A stretch of 63,774 nucleotides of DNA, the filler included, from Reticulomyxa filosa (Eukaryota; Protista; Foraminifera), in the NCBI GenBank assembly GCA_000512085.1. It is 20 parts of 20 records of this genome, joined end to end, with 100 filler letters (N's around TTAATTAATTAA, not from the genome) between each part and the next. Parts side by side here need not be neighbours in the genome. Positions count along the whole stretch, not along the records: positions 37,428 to 40,885 come from ASPP01021755.1; positions 40,986 to 42,332 come from ASPP01049948.1; positions 42,433 to 48,016 come from ASPP01029133.1; positions 48,117 to 49,229 come from ASPP01004368.1; positions 49,330 to 50,529 come from ASPP01021889.1; positions 50,630 to 51,871 come from ASPP01044632.1; positions 51,972 to 53,301 come from ASPP01040730.1; 13 more parts are not named here. One strand, given 5' to 3'. This document shows, piece after piece, positions 38,840 to 53,180 of the stretch. The notes beneath the pieces are model-generated. The model was not told the DNA's origin, did no database searches, and saw only the letters and a program-made list of their open reading frames with translations. The stretch's first letter is position 1, and every line of letters begins with the position of its first letter. The position numbers and the translations under genes are program-made.

Positions 38840-39400
38840 CACTATCATGTGCAGATGAAATATCCAATAACACTAAAATTGTGATTGGCTTTGTGTTAAT
38901 AAGTATTTTCATTAGTACCACATTAATCCAATTGTAATCTCTATCTGGTTTTTGGATTAGAACAATGTTTTCTCGTTTCTATAATCTTGGATTGAAATTT
39001 CAATTAAATAATAATGAATCAATGCCTGACCACCATTTTTTATCATTTTTTTATGTATATTGTCAGATCCTTGCGCTTTATGAAATATATCGATAATGGG
39101 AAATCTTTCATTTTTCCATCTCTTTTCATATCAGTCACTGCTGTGATTTCATCTTCCACCAATTGGTAATGTTCTTTCGTTTCTTCAGAATAACTTGGTG
39201 GTTGTTGAGGTTGATAAAACCATGATACAAACATTTCTGCTTGTCTTTATCTGTCTTTGCGATTGTGTTGGTTCAATCAATGCAGTAATAACTGAAATTT
39301 TGTTTGAATTCATTTATCTGAATTGAGAAAATAACTTTCTTGAACTGCGTGTTCTGCTCAAGCAGTTGGCTTTTGAATAAAAGCATTTGATGTTGTTCTG
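38840..39400 (-). mobile_element. Highly decayed non-LTR endonuclease-RT linker and RT fragment
   Basis: LFSQFR..NSNKISVITAL, ENIVLIQKPDRD, VLLDISSAHDSV pieces similar to the element at 51999-52671. Confidence 0.6.
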
Positions 39401-42400
39401 AAAAATCAATATATTACTGTTCATATATTTTCATACATGTTAGTATTTGATATGTTAATTTCATCTCTTGATCTGCTTCCAACTCCAATTTGCATTATTA
39501 ATTTGACTGATTGCACGAGTGTTATTGGTAATTGTTGTTATGCTTGATCTGATTGACTGCTTCAGCGTATGAATACAGATTTGCATTGTTGTTAGATTTC
39601 TTCTTAATTTGAATTTGTTGAATACATTTTCTCTTCTAGTCAACTTGATTTTAAGTTTTTCTCTTGCATTTTGAAGCACTTCGCATTGCAGATAGTTTGG
39701 AAATAGAAATTAAATTTTTAAGAAAAGTGAAATATTTGGAGTCATACTGACTCCATTGTGACGTAAGTGGAGTCACTACAACTTGCCAAAAAAACCTTTT
39801 CAAAATAGACTTATTTTTACTATTATAATATGCTAGAGAATAAAAAAACATAAGAGATAATTTCAATTAAAGTTAAAATACAAAAATTGAATATAAATAA
39901 ACAATAGCAATCAAATGACAGTAAAAGAAAAAGTTCAAAAAAACTAAATTTAAACGTGCTTATTGAAAAAGAAAATTCTGCCATAAAAAAAATTTAAATT
40001 TTTGAAACAATTATAAAGATAGAATAAAATGAAAACTATTAAAAAAACTACATAACACGTAGATATTTTTAAAAAATTTCAATTAAATGTTTCTTTGTGG
40101 ATTATTAATTGTTTAATCCTAATTGTAAACCGATCGTAATCGGGTTCCATTCATTGTCTGACACAAGATCTAATGACATTGTATCATCTAAACGTCTTTG
40201 CATGTCAAGACCTAACTGCTGTTGGCAACGTTCAAGGGAATCTTAATATCATTTTTCATAAAACTTCATTATACCTTTATGAGTAAAATTTTGCTTAAAA
40301 AAAAAATCAATACATTATCATCTGACTCAAACTAAGTCAGTTGACTGGTGAAGAATTGAAAAGAACAGTATATATTGACCACTAAATGCTATCCATACAC
40401 AAGTCTGACGAGTCCAGATCGAAAAGGATTTATATTGCAAGATTGAATGAAAATAAATTTCGATACCAGAAAAAGAAGAAATGTCACTTCTGTACTTAAA
40501 ACAAAGTTTAAGAACCAAAAAACAAGAACAGCATACAATGATTCTAAACGAAAAAAAAGGTAATTATACATAAAAAAATGAAAGGCCACAAGGCTAAAAA
40601 ACAAAAAGAAACAAATAGATTCACACAATCAAAAAGAAAGACTACAACGTCTAGAAACAAAAGATCACCGAACAATTATATCAACCAGAGTATTTGCCCT
40701 CCCGATGCAGGCAATCATATGAATAAATACATAAACATTATATACTATAGTGTTTTACTTTTTATTTTTTTTCAAACTTCTAATTAACGAACTGTAAAAA
40801 TATTGGATGAGGCGTGCTAACTTGGTTTGCAAGCTTAGCTCTCATATACGCTTTGCATCTTGTAGAGCAAGCCCTTATCACACATNNNNNNNNNNNNNNN
40901 NNNNNNNNNNNNNNNNNNNNNNNNNNNNNTTAATTAATTAANNNNNNNNNNNNNNNNNNNNNNNNNNNNNNNNNNNNNNNNNNNNGGTGGCAAATTCAAT
41001 TCTGTGATCTCCATGCGTTGTAATGAAAAACAATATCGATGTCGCTGAACTCCATCCAATGGGGGCGATTGTTGCTGCAAATGCAGAAATTTCACATTGA
41101 TCGCCAGCACTGTCATTTGACAATTATTTTAAAGTCAAATATTTTGAGACAGTGTCTGTGCTGTCATACAAAGACTTCAATAAAATTTTCCAATCCAAAA
41201 GCAGCACCAGAAGAAGTCTGCAACAAAAAATGTCAGTCTATCAAAAAAAAAGAAAATAAATTTTTTTTCTATTTTTTTTTTTTAGCGTGTGCAAACGAAA
41301 ACGTTTTTTATACGTATATCTAAACAAAAATTAAAGCCGAACTTTCTGCTGTCATGTGTCCACATTCCATTTTTCCATTACTTTTTTTTCATTCAATCAT
41401 TCGTGCACAGTCACGATTGGTATCAAATGTAATGCAAAAGTAGTTTGTACACGTTTCAAAACATTATTGTAGTTCTTCCTTCTATTTCTCGTATCTAAGC
41501 AATTTCTTTCTTTTATTACTTGCCCTTCTCCAACTTGTCTGACGTTCTTGACAGCCAGAGTGGTGCCAACCAAAGAACTTTCAAAGCTTTCTTCATATCC
41601 AAAATTTCGAACCTCTGTTACGTTGAGATTCTTTGTTTTCTGTGCCGAGGTCTCAAAATTTCCACAACACGTCATTTCGAGCATTACTCAATGGGGGCCC
41701 TCCCAATATCAAACAAAATAAGTGAACGAAAACTTCGATTTTCTCTATCATCTTATCAAAAAATGTTCATTTGTTCAATCATAAAAAAAATAATCAAAAT
41801 AATATATTTTGCTTTCAATTGTATTTATTGATTGTTTTTGATTATTTTTCATTGTTTTTTTGGTTTTTTTCAACAATGTTTCCAGGTGATTTTTAAAAAA
41901 AAAAACTAGGTAATTAAAATGACTTATTATTGTAGAAAAAAGAATCAAATTTTTGTATTTTCTTTATTAATTTGACAACATATCAAAAATAAGAAACAAA
42001 ACTACTGATATTTTTGAGCAGCCCAAAGGTGCGTTGAACTAAATACATATACAATGAACTTTTGAAAAATAGGGCAAGTACTACATCTTGTCTTCAACAC
42101 CTTCCTTAGATATATTTGCATTTTGCAATGGATACCTAATACACAATTTTTATTCACAAAAGCATATTTTTCATTCATAACTATCAAAAATTGACTTCTG
42201 TATGATGAATTAATAGTTTTTCATTTTTAAAAAACTTTTTCTGTAGATATTCAAGTGCTTCATTTGCTTCAGTATTTGTTGATAATAACATTCAGTATTT
42301 GTTAAAGGACGTTTAAAATAAGGAAACTTGCTNNNNNNNNNNNNNNNNNNNNNNNNNNNNNNNNNNNNNNNNNNNNTTAATTAATTAANNNNNNNNNNNN

Positions 42401-43518
42401 NNNNNNNNNNNNNNNNNNNNNNNNNNNNNNNNGCTGCTGTCATAGAGAGCAATATTGATTATGATTTGTGGTGTAATCACATTGCCCAGCACTTGTTGCA
42501 ATGTGCTACTCCACCTCAACCTTCTATTAGCACTGCATTCGAAGACATTCAAGAAGGCCACGCACATACACAAAAACACAATTCTCAACAATCACAATAA
42601 AATGCAAACACACAATTTCTAATTCTTGAATCAAATGCAAATGAGCAAATGTTGTTGAATTGCAATGCAATGCACAAAGATGTAATGAAAAATGATAATA
42701 TGTCACCACTACAAATGATGTCCAAAACAGATAATGGATCACACATCTTTGAAAATTTTTTGTTACACATTAAAATTAAAGAATAACAAGATAACGTTGT
42801 CTCTTCAGCACACTAGCTTTCTGTTTCAGCAAATTTGTTATTCGTGACACAAGTAAAAAGAATAAGAGTAAAAGATTTAAAAATAAGCGACAATTAACAT
42901 TTGTTAAAAAATCTATATTATTGCTACAATAAATATTCACTACTTTTGCATTTTTAAATTTACTAAAATATTATTTTAAAAAATTCTGAAGAAGTTTGGA
43001 TCAATTATTGTGAAAAATTAAGAATGCAACTGGTGAGTAAACAAATAAATTTGCAGACTTTTTTGTAAAAATATTTACCACCACACGATTGAATATTGAC
43101 ATTATCAATTTTTCGTTCAAAAATTCTTTCAATTTAGGTTCTAATTGGTGTAGTAGCATTTTCTATTACAACAACGACAAATACACATGATGTATAATAT
43201 TATGTTATATTATTTGTTTAAAAATTAAACAAAACGAAACTGAGTTTTTCAGTAATACAAACAATAGCACTTCACAAAGCCTATCGGAATTCTCTGTTCA
43301 ATATAGCTTTTAATTGCCTTTTCTTGTTTAAAGCAATTACCTGGGAGAATTTTTTCTAATTTTTGTTTTACAAATTATCGGTTTCAAATAACATCATTTT
43401 GATTGGCTGAACATTGAGATGCGATCTTCTCGTTTTGCTACGCTATCAATTGTCTAATGGATTGTTTAAAATCGCACTTTAAAATTTCCTCTTTTGTTAC
43501 TCTCTTTACCCATTCGCT

Positions 43519-44010
43519 GTGACTCTTTTCACGATCATTCTTTTTTTCCTTGGAACAGAAATTTTAGTGCGATTGAATGATATACACTCCGATACAGCTT
43601 TCAAGCATTTAATGAAGGGTTTGAAACATAATAAATCACGTGTTCACAAATTGTATGTTGCCTTATTAACAATAATACCAATAAAATGGAATCAAACACA
43701 ATTGGACAATCTCGTTGCATATTTGATACAGAATGGACACAAATACAAGAATAAAAATGTTCGCTATTCACGTGCAGAATCCCTTGGAAGAATAGCAATG
43801 AAATTGAATTCACAACAATTTAAAAACACTGTTAAATGTTTGATGAATGGAATAAATAATGACAAAGAAAACCCATTTGTGCAGAAATATTGCGCATATT
43901 CACTGGAAAGAGTCTTACCAAAAATGAAAGGGATATGGAAGTGTTGATGTAGTACAAAGAAAAACAAGTGGATTATTTGATTAAAGGATTGAATTTGTTT
44001 TGTCGTTTCC
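43519..44010 (+). pseudogene. HEAT-repeat-like fragment
   Basis: VRYSRAESLGRIAMKLN...VKCLMNGIN.DKENPFVQKYCAYSLE; flanks degenerate. Confidence 0.55.
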
Positions 44011-44099
44011 ACACCCCATACGCATAATAAATCATCACGTGATCCAGAACAAAGATATCGAATACCATCAAATCAATACTGTCTATATGATTAGTATGT

Positions 44100-45203
44100 C
44101 CAGTGAAAGTTTTAAGTAATTTGGCAGAATGAAATAACTCCAAATCAAACGTAGAAAATGGATAAAAATGAGATGTGAATATATTTTCTTTTTTTCATTA
44201 TTATCATCTTTTTGTATTTTTAGTATTCTTTTAAGTTTTTTTTCTTTGGATTGTGCTTCCTCTTTCAAAGTGTCTTGCTATTTTATGCACATTCATATGT
44301 TGATTTCATTATTTTAATCAATTAAAAAAAGGAAATTAAAATATTATTATTATACCTCAGTTTTTAATGTTTGCTCTTTTTTTCATTGTCTTCTTCATTT
44401 AATATTTTTTTTGCTTTCAAATGTGATAAGTGAGAATCCATCTTTGCCATTTCTTTTCTTAACATTCTAATTTGTGTTGCTTGCTCTTTTTCCAAACGAA
44501 GTTTTTCGATTTGTTCCTTATTTTCAATATTTAATTTTTTTAACACCACAAATTATTTAATTAATTACTTTGAAAATTTTTTCATTTTTTTTAATTAATA
44601 AAAAAATACTTGACAAATTTGATAATGCTCAAGTCCTTTTCGCAATTCTCCAATATACGATAACAACAAATCCAAATGTCTTTCATTTTTAATTGTAAGT
44701 GTTGGATTGGAATAAAATGTCGCTACAACCAAATTCTTTGAATTTACATTCCAAAGGTCGCAACGGACACTATTCCTCCAAATACTCTTTTATGTCTTTT
44801 ATCTTTCCATTAAATTTACAACACAAATTCATTTCTAAATTCGCATTTGTATTTTTGGCAAATTGTCGGGGGCATATCACTGTTAAATTCTTTACGTTTT
44901 TACGTATTGATATCCCTTTCTTGTATTTACAAGAGTCATGACCATCGATTGGACATTGATTGTCATTTTCTTTCAAGTACCGATTCAGTCAGTCCTCACC
45001 AATAAACATTACTTCATTATCATTTTTGTATTCTTTACAAGTCAGTTTCATTGCATTATTTGTAATTTGCTTGCACGCTAAACACTCGAAATATTTTAGA
45101 TAGTCTTGTTCATGAAGAAATGACACTAATTTCTTATGTAACATTTGCCAAGTAGCAATTTTTTTATTGCTTCTTCCCCTATTTCTCTTTTCAATGAAAA
45201 CAT
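44100..45203 (-). pseudogene. Variant RING-TRAF plus coiled-coil pseudogene
   Basis: FECLACKQITNNAMKLTC, IGED*L, CPIDGH, LTVICPRQ, CKFNGKIKDIKEYLEE*CPLRPLECKFKEFGC; several in-frame stops. Confidence 0.8.
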
Positions 45204-46203
45204 TATTTTTTTAATTAGAGTTAAAGTTCAAAGATTCCGTTCAACCTTGTAACACCACTTGAGCGTTGTTGTATTCATGTAACATTTCCTTCTTTCGAAA
45301 TCATTTAAAATCAGTAAGTTTAAAAAAAGATTAGTTTTTCGATCTCAAAATTTTACTCTAATTTATAAAATTTTTTTTTATTGGAGTTTCCGTTAAATTG
45401 AGTAGTTTTTTTGCGTGATAAAACAACCACCAAAAAAATTTCATCAAAGTGTTTTAAACTTGTGTACTTTTTGTCTAAGTATATATTACAAGACGCACAT
45501 TATTTTGGTATTGATGAATTCATAGTGTTCATGTGTTGATCAACAATAAATATTCCTGTAACAAAGATTTAAACAAAAGCGGACTCTTCACACTCTTGTA
45601 CCATCTTAAATTGGAGTGCTAAAAAAATTCTCGTTTATTGGCTAAAAAATGCAGTACAAAAGCTTGGAATAAAAATACTATGTTATGAATATTTATAACA
45701 CATATAACTACCTCCTTGTCAAAAAATTTTGACATTTTTTTCAGTATAATCAAGTTTTTTTAATTTCAATCAATTGATTTGCATATCAAGAAGAGAGAAA
45801 ATAAATTGCACTATATGAATTTTGGTCCAAATTGGGATCATCGAATATTTTTTATTGGTTTTTTTTATACTAAATTTCTCACAATAAAACAAAATATTTA
45901 TTTAAATCACAAAAATTGGAGAATGTCTAAACTTTAAAAAAATTACTATTTTTTATATTCCAAAAAACGAGATTTAACAAAAATTACTTATGAAACAACG
46001 TGACATAATATTTTAAGTTATAAACATTTACCTTTAAGTATTGTTTTATAATTTCTTTGTCGCCATCGAATTGTCGATATAATTCTACTTCGGTCACTTT
46101 TTTATTATTATTTTTACATTTGCGTACGTACATAAATCTTCCAAAACTGGCTGTACTTAAAATTGGTTATAGTTCAATCAAATAAAACGTTCTATGAAAC
46201 ATT

Positions 46204-46541
46204 TTATGTCGTTTGTAATTTATTTATGGAAAGGAGAACACTTACATATTTCATTATCAATGTATGTCTTGAATCTTTATTTCCACCAAAAGATAGCAAA
46301 GTGATTTGATTGGTGTCTTTATTGTTGTTGTTGTCCACCAGTTTCACTACACAGTGCCCAACTAATTCAGCATCACTTGGATACTCAGATAAACTTATAT
46401 TCGTTTTTGATTGTATCGTAAGAATAGCAAGCTCTTTGACCAGAACCTTCACAAATGAGGCGTTTGTTTGTGTAGTACACATTGAGCTTGAGAAAGTGGA
46501 ATGGGCAACTCCTTCAAAGTTTGAAAGATTTGATTGTTCAT
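46204..46541 (-). pseudogene. Kelch-family N-terminal fragment
   Basis: MNNQIFQTLKELPIPLSQAQCV, CYSYDTIKNEYKFI, YPSDAELVGHCVVKL, ITLLSFGG; frameshifted. Confidence 0.7.
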
Positions 46542-48885
46542 GTTGAAGAACTACGAAATAGTTTAAATTTTTTAAAAGGGGAAGTACACGAAAAAGTTAT
46601 CCTTTTTAAGAGTAAAAAATTGTATAATTTGACTAAGAAAGCAAAAATTATGATTTTCTTATGATAAGATTACAATATTAATTGTGTCACACAATGGCAT
46701 GCTTATAATCTACTATTATTTTAAAAGTAGAATGTTTTTGTAATATATTCTTGAGATATACTTGCCATCTTATATTCTTTCCAAAAACAAAGAAGATCAG
46801 CTAAAAAATCATTTTAGCTATATTTCTCAATTTATATGAGCTTTAAAAGGGAAACAAGCGTGTCCAAAATTTTTTAAAAAAGTAATAAAAAAAGATAACT
46901 TTGAAATTGATTTTGTTTCAACAAAAAACAAAACAACAGCACAGACAAAAAAAATTTTAAATGGCCAATATAATTTTTGAGACTTTCATTGTTTTTTTGA
47001 CCGCACAATAATTGACGAGATTTTATTTCGAACTACGGCGCAAAAAAATGAAGTGAAGTCAGTTCAATGAAAACAGCCTTATTTTAAGGCAAAAGTTTAA
47101 ATGGACCAAATCCAAAAAGAAGACATATACGCACATTTGTGCAATATTTTTTTGCTAAAAAAACTACTTAAAATGGAAATAAGTGTAGTACAAAAGTTTG
47201 TTTTTTTTTATTTTTTAATATTCATTTTAAATTTGGAGTGTTGTTTGATTTGTTTTGAGAAGTTTTGCATCCTAATGAAAAGAGCTATGGCTCATTTAAC
47301 AATGAATTAATTTTGTATGATGAACAATAATGGTTTTTTTAAATATGCTTCATTATGGTATAACAATTTATAAATTACTGAAGATTAGGCATTTTTATTG
47401 AAATTGAATTTGTGATAAGTAATACCAAGCAATGAGGATCAACATTTAAAAATTATATGATGAAAATGTTTCAAGAGATAAATCAGTTATGAATATATCA
47501 AAATGCACAATTTTGTATTTTTTATATAATAGCCCAACAAAACAAAAAAGTTGAATTTTTTTTTAAAGTTGTACAAAACCTTTGTAAAACTCCTTTCCTT
47601 TTTTTTTGTAACATACGGCCAGACCCGTGTTTTATTGAAATGATCTTTGATAAGGAAAAAATTATTGGAAAACCTTTTGACCATGTGGATATTGGAGGAA
47701 CACTCCAAACGATTGTCCTTTGACACTGTTTGCAGTGGAGTGGCGTAGATGTGTATCATTGCACTTGAGAAATACTTAACAGCTTGTTGGATGTTCAAAG
47801 TCGAAAATTGTTATGTCAAATTTTCATATTATTATAACATGTTGTCTGTCATTGCCGCGAATATCTTCTTTGTTTTTTTCGGCTGCTCTAACAATTTCCA
47901 ACACTGCAAAGATTTTACAATCAGCTGTCAGTTTGTCGTTTTAGCCGATAATCTTCATTGTCATGCTATACTTTTTTTTTATAAAGTATGCTATGTCACG
48001 TAATGTCAATCCACTCNNNNNNNNNNNNNNNNNNNNNNNNNNNNNNNNNNNNNNNNNNNNTTAATTAATTAANNNNNNNNNNNNNNNNNNNNNNNNNNNN
48101 NNNNNNNNNNNNNNNNGTAATGTTTTTAGATTTTGTTGATTTTCCTTGTGGCATTGGCTCAACTAGAGATTAGCATAGTTTAGTATCAGTTTTTTCACAT
48201 ATTTTTTCAAATTTTTCCCAAGCTATTGTTCTTGTTAAGAAAATTAGCAAAAAAAAAATTTTAATATTTAAAAACTACAAGATTAGTAGATATTTTTTGA
48301 AAAAAAAATTATGTTTAAATCTTTATATTTCATGGAAAAAATCGATTCTCTTCATATAGTGCCATTTAGGTATGGCAGTTTTTTTTTGCAATCTACTGTA
48401 AATAAATTTTTAACTGAAGATTTCAACGAACTTTTTTATGTTTGTGTTTCGTATTGTGTGATCAAGACAAAACAGTTCGTATGGATATAAGTACAAATTA
48501 ACCAATTTAATCTTTCAATGTAGATAAAGAAGATAGTGGAATAAATGTTTTGATTGGTTTACAATTTTTGCTTTAAAGAATTTTTTTTGCTAAAGCAATT
48601 ATTTATTCGAAAATAAAGTAGTATTAGTTTGTGTTATGTCTTCAAAAAGAATATTCCTTTTTCAAAACTTTTTTAAAAAACTAGTTCAGCGAAGTCATTT
48701 CTTTCAAATATATTTTTTGGTAAGAAGTTGTTTTTATGGAAGAAATATTGAAATGATATCAATTGAATAGATTTGTCCAACTCTTTTTTAAAAGATTTTT
48801 TATTTTGTTATTTCTACTTGAGAAATGAATTCCAGTTTGGCAAGTAATTATTGACAATAACAGCAAAAAATATAATGTAAGTACT

Positions 48886-49229
48886 TTACAGAGCTGTCCA
48901 GAGTCTAATTATTCCATCAAGATCGCCCGAAATGAATGTGTTACCATCTGGTAAAACGTGCGCAGCTATTACACCATTTTGATGTCCCTTCAATTCTTGT
49001 ATTTCCATTTGTAGTCTTAGATTCCATAATCGAATTGGCGAAAGATAAGATGTTATAATGGTTTTATTGTCCGGAAAAAATTCTAAACCCGTTACAAAAC
49101 CGAAAGAATATTCTAATGTTTGTACTTCGTTTCCTGATTTGACATCCCATATACGCATTGTCCCATCCAACGACGGGGACGCAAGTAATTGGCTATCTGA
49201 AGAGAACTGCATGTTCTTTATATAGTGCG
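48886..49229 (-). CDS. WD40-repeat protein, C-terminal fragment
   Basis: FSSDSQLLAS.SLDGTMRIWD, ELKGH, DGIIRLW. Confidence 0.85.
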
Positions 49230-49329
49230 NNNNNNNNNNNNNNNNNNNNNNNNNNNNNNNNNNNNNNNNNNNNTTAATTAATTAANNNNNNNNNNNNNNN
49301 NNNNNNNNNNNNNNNNNNNNNNNNNNNNN

Positions 49330-50500
49330 TATTAATAATAATAATAATAATATTAATGATAATATTAATAATAATAATGATACTAATAACACTAACAACA
49401 ATAACAATAACCACATGATATGTGATGAACCGATCGGAACCGACCTGAGATTGCTCCATCGTCCATTACGTAATGAGCACGGCAATGGAGGCAACAGCTT
49501 GGTACAGACGAATCCACGCTTTTGTGTTGGACAAAATCAAATGAAGAGTACGGCGTATTTGGCCCAACAGCCCAAAGCGAATCACACTGGACTCGACTAT
49601 CAACGAGAGGTTACGCCACGTGGCGAAGAAGCCAACGTTCACATGGCCCCGATGCTCAATTTCCATCACAATGCAACTGTTTTTGATGGAATTGCTGTTA
49701 ATGGCTGGTTTGTCAATGCTCCATTGGAATCGAGCCTTATTCAATCATTTCCTGGTTGTTTTTTTTGTGTATTTGTTTGTTTATGTGTTTTGTAAAACGT
49801 ACATCACACATAAGCGACTGTGTTTCACTTGTTCATAATCTGCAAAGATGTGAGACTTGGTTTGATCACGAAATACAACAATGCCAGTAATGTTGATCCC
49901 TCCCCTTCTACTGTAAATACTACTACATATTCGGGCCCATCCAACACTTTTGTTCCCAAACCGATCGCAAATCAACACCAAACCTCTTCTTTCATCCAAA
50001 CACAATCTCTTTCTTCCACTGTGTCGAGACCGTCCACATTCACGACAGTTGTTGACAGTTATCTCTATTTTCATAACACACACCAAACACAGAACATTTT
50101 TTTCCCCTTGTAGATTCACAAACATTGTATTTGAAGCGTCTGCTGCTTCTTTGCTTTGGCTTATGCAAGGGGTCTTTGGCAACAGTAACGTATACGTTCT
50201 TGTGTACGTATTTCTTTTTTTTTTTTAACTTTTTTTTTAAAAAAAAAAAAAGAATAAGTTCAATTGACGAGTCGTCGGTTTCAACTGATTTGAGTTGCCC
50301 TTCAAATGCGATACAGAAAACAAAAAGTACTGTAAAGACGGTATGTTCACATTGTCCATGTAAAGAGAGGGGAAGGAATAAAACTGCTATAACAAACAAC
50401 ACAATCCTGACATTAAAAAAAATGTAACAACAAAACAATAAAAAGGAACCATTGAGAGAAATTCGGATGAAATCCCGTGCATCTGAACCTGTTGTTCAAG
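49330..50500 (+). CDS. Hypothetical Asn/Ser/Thr-rich multi-exon protein fragment
   Basis: (AAT)n poly-Asn start and collinear ORFs separated by GT-AG gaps. Confidence 0.4.
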
Positions 50501-50629
50501 TTTAGTTTCCATTAAAAAAATAGGGCGAGNNNNNNNNNNNNNNNNNNNNNNNNNNNNNNNNNNNNNNNNNNNNTTAATTAATTAANNNNNNNNNNNNNNN
50601 NNNNNNNNNNNNNNNNNNNNNNNNNNNNN

Positions 50630-51075
50630 CAAGGCAAAGCACAAATCCCCAACAAAGCATTGTATTTGTGGTATTAACGAAAATATGGACGCCACGCGGG
50701 CGAATGATATGAAGTCGTAACGTTCCCAAAAAAACTGTTAAAACAACAGCAACAAACAAACATGACATTACGCAAATACAAAGCTAATTTTTCCTCCACC
50801 CTCCTCTTTCTTTCCTCTTGACAACATATCGATCATAAGTCTCAATGCTTCATTAAAAGTTCATATCACACAAAAAAAAAAAAAATTTATGCAAGCAAGG
50901 GTGCAACAACACTCAAATCACTGGCCAAAACACACATAAGTGAAATGGCAAAACATGTCACTGCCGAGGCCCGGGCCACCTTTGTAATTGGTCTTGCCAA
51001 ATACCTTGAGGATTGGTAATACGTTGTCGTTGGCCACCGACATGAGCACTCTTATAGCAGGTAATGTTCCTATTT
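50630..51075 (-). CDS. APC-superfamily transporter fragment
   Basis: AIRVLMSVANDNVLPILKVFGK resembles the R.L...A.D..LP.L..F motif of amino-acid permeases/SLC12; hydrophobic segments follow. Confidence 0.4.
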
Positions 51076-51631
51076 GTTTTTTTTTTTTAATTATGAAATT
51101 TTTCCCCTTATGTATGCCACTACGCGATATACACGACAGAAAAAGAAAGATTGTGTAAAGCGAAAAAAAAAAATTTAACGAATATGATTCTTTCGTTTTC
51201 TTGGAGATAAAACAAAAAGAAATAAACATCAACTTCTTTTTAAGATACATTGATTTTTGTCAAATATATACTTTTATTACAGAGAAAAATTTGCTGAGAA
51301 TAAATTTTCATAAAACGTCTTGCAAATGATCCAAATTTTGTTTTGATTTACAAAAATAAAGTTGTTATGTTTGGATATGCATTAGCACAGTCAAAAAACA
51401 ATGCAAAACATTTATTTAAAACAAAGAAGCATCTTTCAAAAAATGAATTGAGATTATGCTGGAACAACATTAACAAACTACATTTTGAATTTGCAAAGAT
51501 AAATTTTATTATTTTTACTTTATCAATGTCACAAACTCTTTAAACAAAATGATGCTCCTTTATGGTAAAAAAACTTGATCATGCCCATCATAAGAGAAGT
51601 GCAAGCGAAAAAGTAATATAGAGATTAAAAA

Positions 51632-51857
51632 ATGGGAAATTCTATCAGCAAAAAAAGGTTGTCAACACAACAACCGGTGGTACGTTTCATTTCAACTCAT
51701 CCTTCAGAAAGGGTTGTCTTTAAAATTTAACTCATTGTGATTTCAGATAAATCTATCAGAAGAAGAAGAAATCAAAGTAATTATTAAATATTGGATTCGA
51801 ATATCAAACATCAAATTAGGATGGATTCAGGATTTCGACAGGCTTGTTGTTAAATAT
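51632..51857 (+). CDS. First two exons of an LGWI-module gene with an N-myristoylation-type start; truncated by contig edge
   Basis: MGNSISKKRLSTQQPV (51632-51679), GT-AG intron, INLSEEEEIKVIIKYWIRISNIKLGWIQDFDRLVVKY (51747-51857), GT. Confidence 0.8.
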
Positions 51858-51971
51858 GTTAAGTTTATTTTNNNNNNNNNNNNNNNNNNNNNNNNNNNNN
51901 NNNNNNNNNNNNNNNTTAATTAATTAANNNNNNNNNNNNNNNNNNNNNNNNNNNNNNNNNNNNNNNNNNNN

Positions 51972-53180
51972 GGTTGATTTATGACTGTTGGTAAATCATT
52001 AATGTACAACAGGAATATTGGGAATAAAGCAGATCCTTGGGGAACTCCCAAGTCGATCTGATAAGAAGCTGTCAATCCACCAATATAATCTTCCATCTAA
52101 TTTAAACCCATTTCTCATTTTATATCTCAATCCATTTCTCCAAACACTATCATACGCTGCAGATATATCCAATAACGCTGCACAAGTCACTGAATTGCAA
52201 TCGAATGACTTGTGAATCGTCTCAGTTAATCTCAATAACAATTCATCTGTTATGCCAAGACTGGAATCCTGCAATAATTGCTTTTCATTTAACCACCACA
52301 TTAACCTCCTTGTGATAATTCTTTCCATTAATTTACCAACACTTGGCAGCAATGCAATTGGTCTATGATTCTTGCACTGACTATGATCTCTGTCAGGCTT
52401 GGGAATATGCACAATATTTGCCTTTTTCCATTCAATTGGCATATACACCATTCTTAAGCATTTGATTATGGATGTTATCAGGGCCTTGAGCTTTGTATGC
52501 CTCTATAACTTCCTCTCTTGTGACATCACTTTGATGGACGAATAGAAATGCCTTATCCTCATCTGATCTTGCTACTGAACTGGTTTCCTTGTTCACCAAC
52601 GCTGGAATTATACAAATCTTATTTATGTTCAATATCTTAAATTGTGAATAAATTCTTTGTGTTGCCTTCATGCAGCGAATTGATACTGTTTACCATATGT
52701 TGATGTTTTTCTAATTGCAATATCCTTCGCAATTGCTAATCAATGGAAGAATAGACGAACATGATGTGATATCAATGTGCTGTCAAATGGCATTGTATTT
52801 AAAATATATAGTCCATTGGATACAATGAAATCAAGAATACACTCACCCATATTATCGATATTATGATCCAACCACGCAGGATGATGTGCATTCCAATCTC
52901 CTCCAATAATAATGTATTTAGTAATTTTCTGAGCATATTGTAATTCTTGTTCGAACTTGAATATTAAAGTGACTACACTGCAAGTTTCGATAGAAACTGC
53001 AGAACAATAACATTTCTTTTGATCAGGACAAGATATTTCAACCCAGCACGATTCATAACCAAATACATTAAATGTTATTGAATGATCAAAAAAAAAAAAA
53101 AAAATATAGACCCCTTGATCATCATCATTTTCAACTTGCTGAAAAGTTGTTTTTGGAGGGGAATTGAAGTTGAACAAGTC
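51972..53180 (-). mobile_element. Degenerate non-LTR retrotransposon ORF2 (APE endonuclease plus reverse transcriptase)
   Basis: IIIGGDWNAHHPAW, KAQGPDNI, WKKANIVHIPKP, RPIALL, LLDISAAYDSVW, WIDSFLSDR, shifted GVPQGS; internal deletions. Confidence 0.92.

Noticed and set aside
39900-42770. Coding-like fragments near 40130-40450, 40986-41690 and 42433-42770
   Set aside because: Could not build a consistent gene model or assign a family
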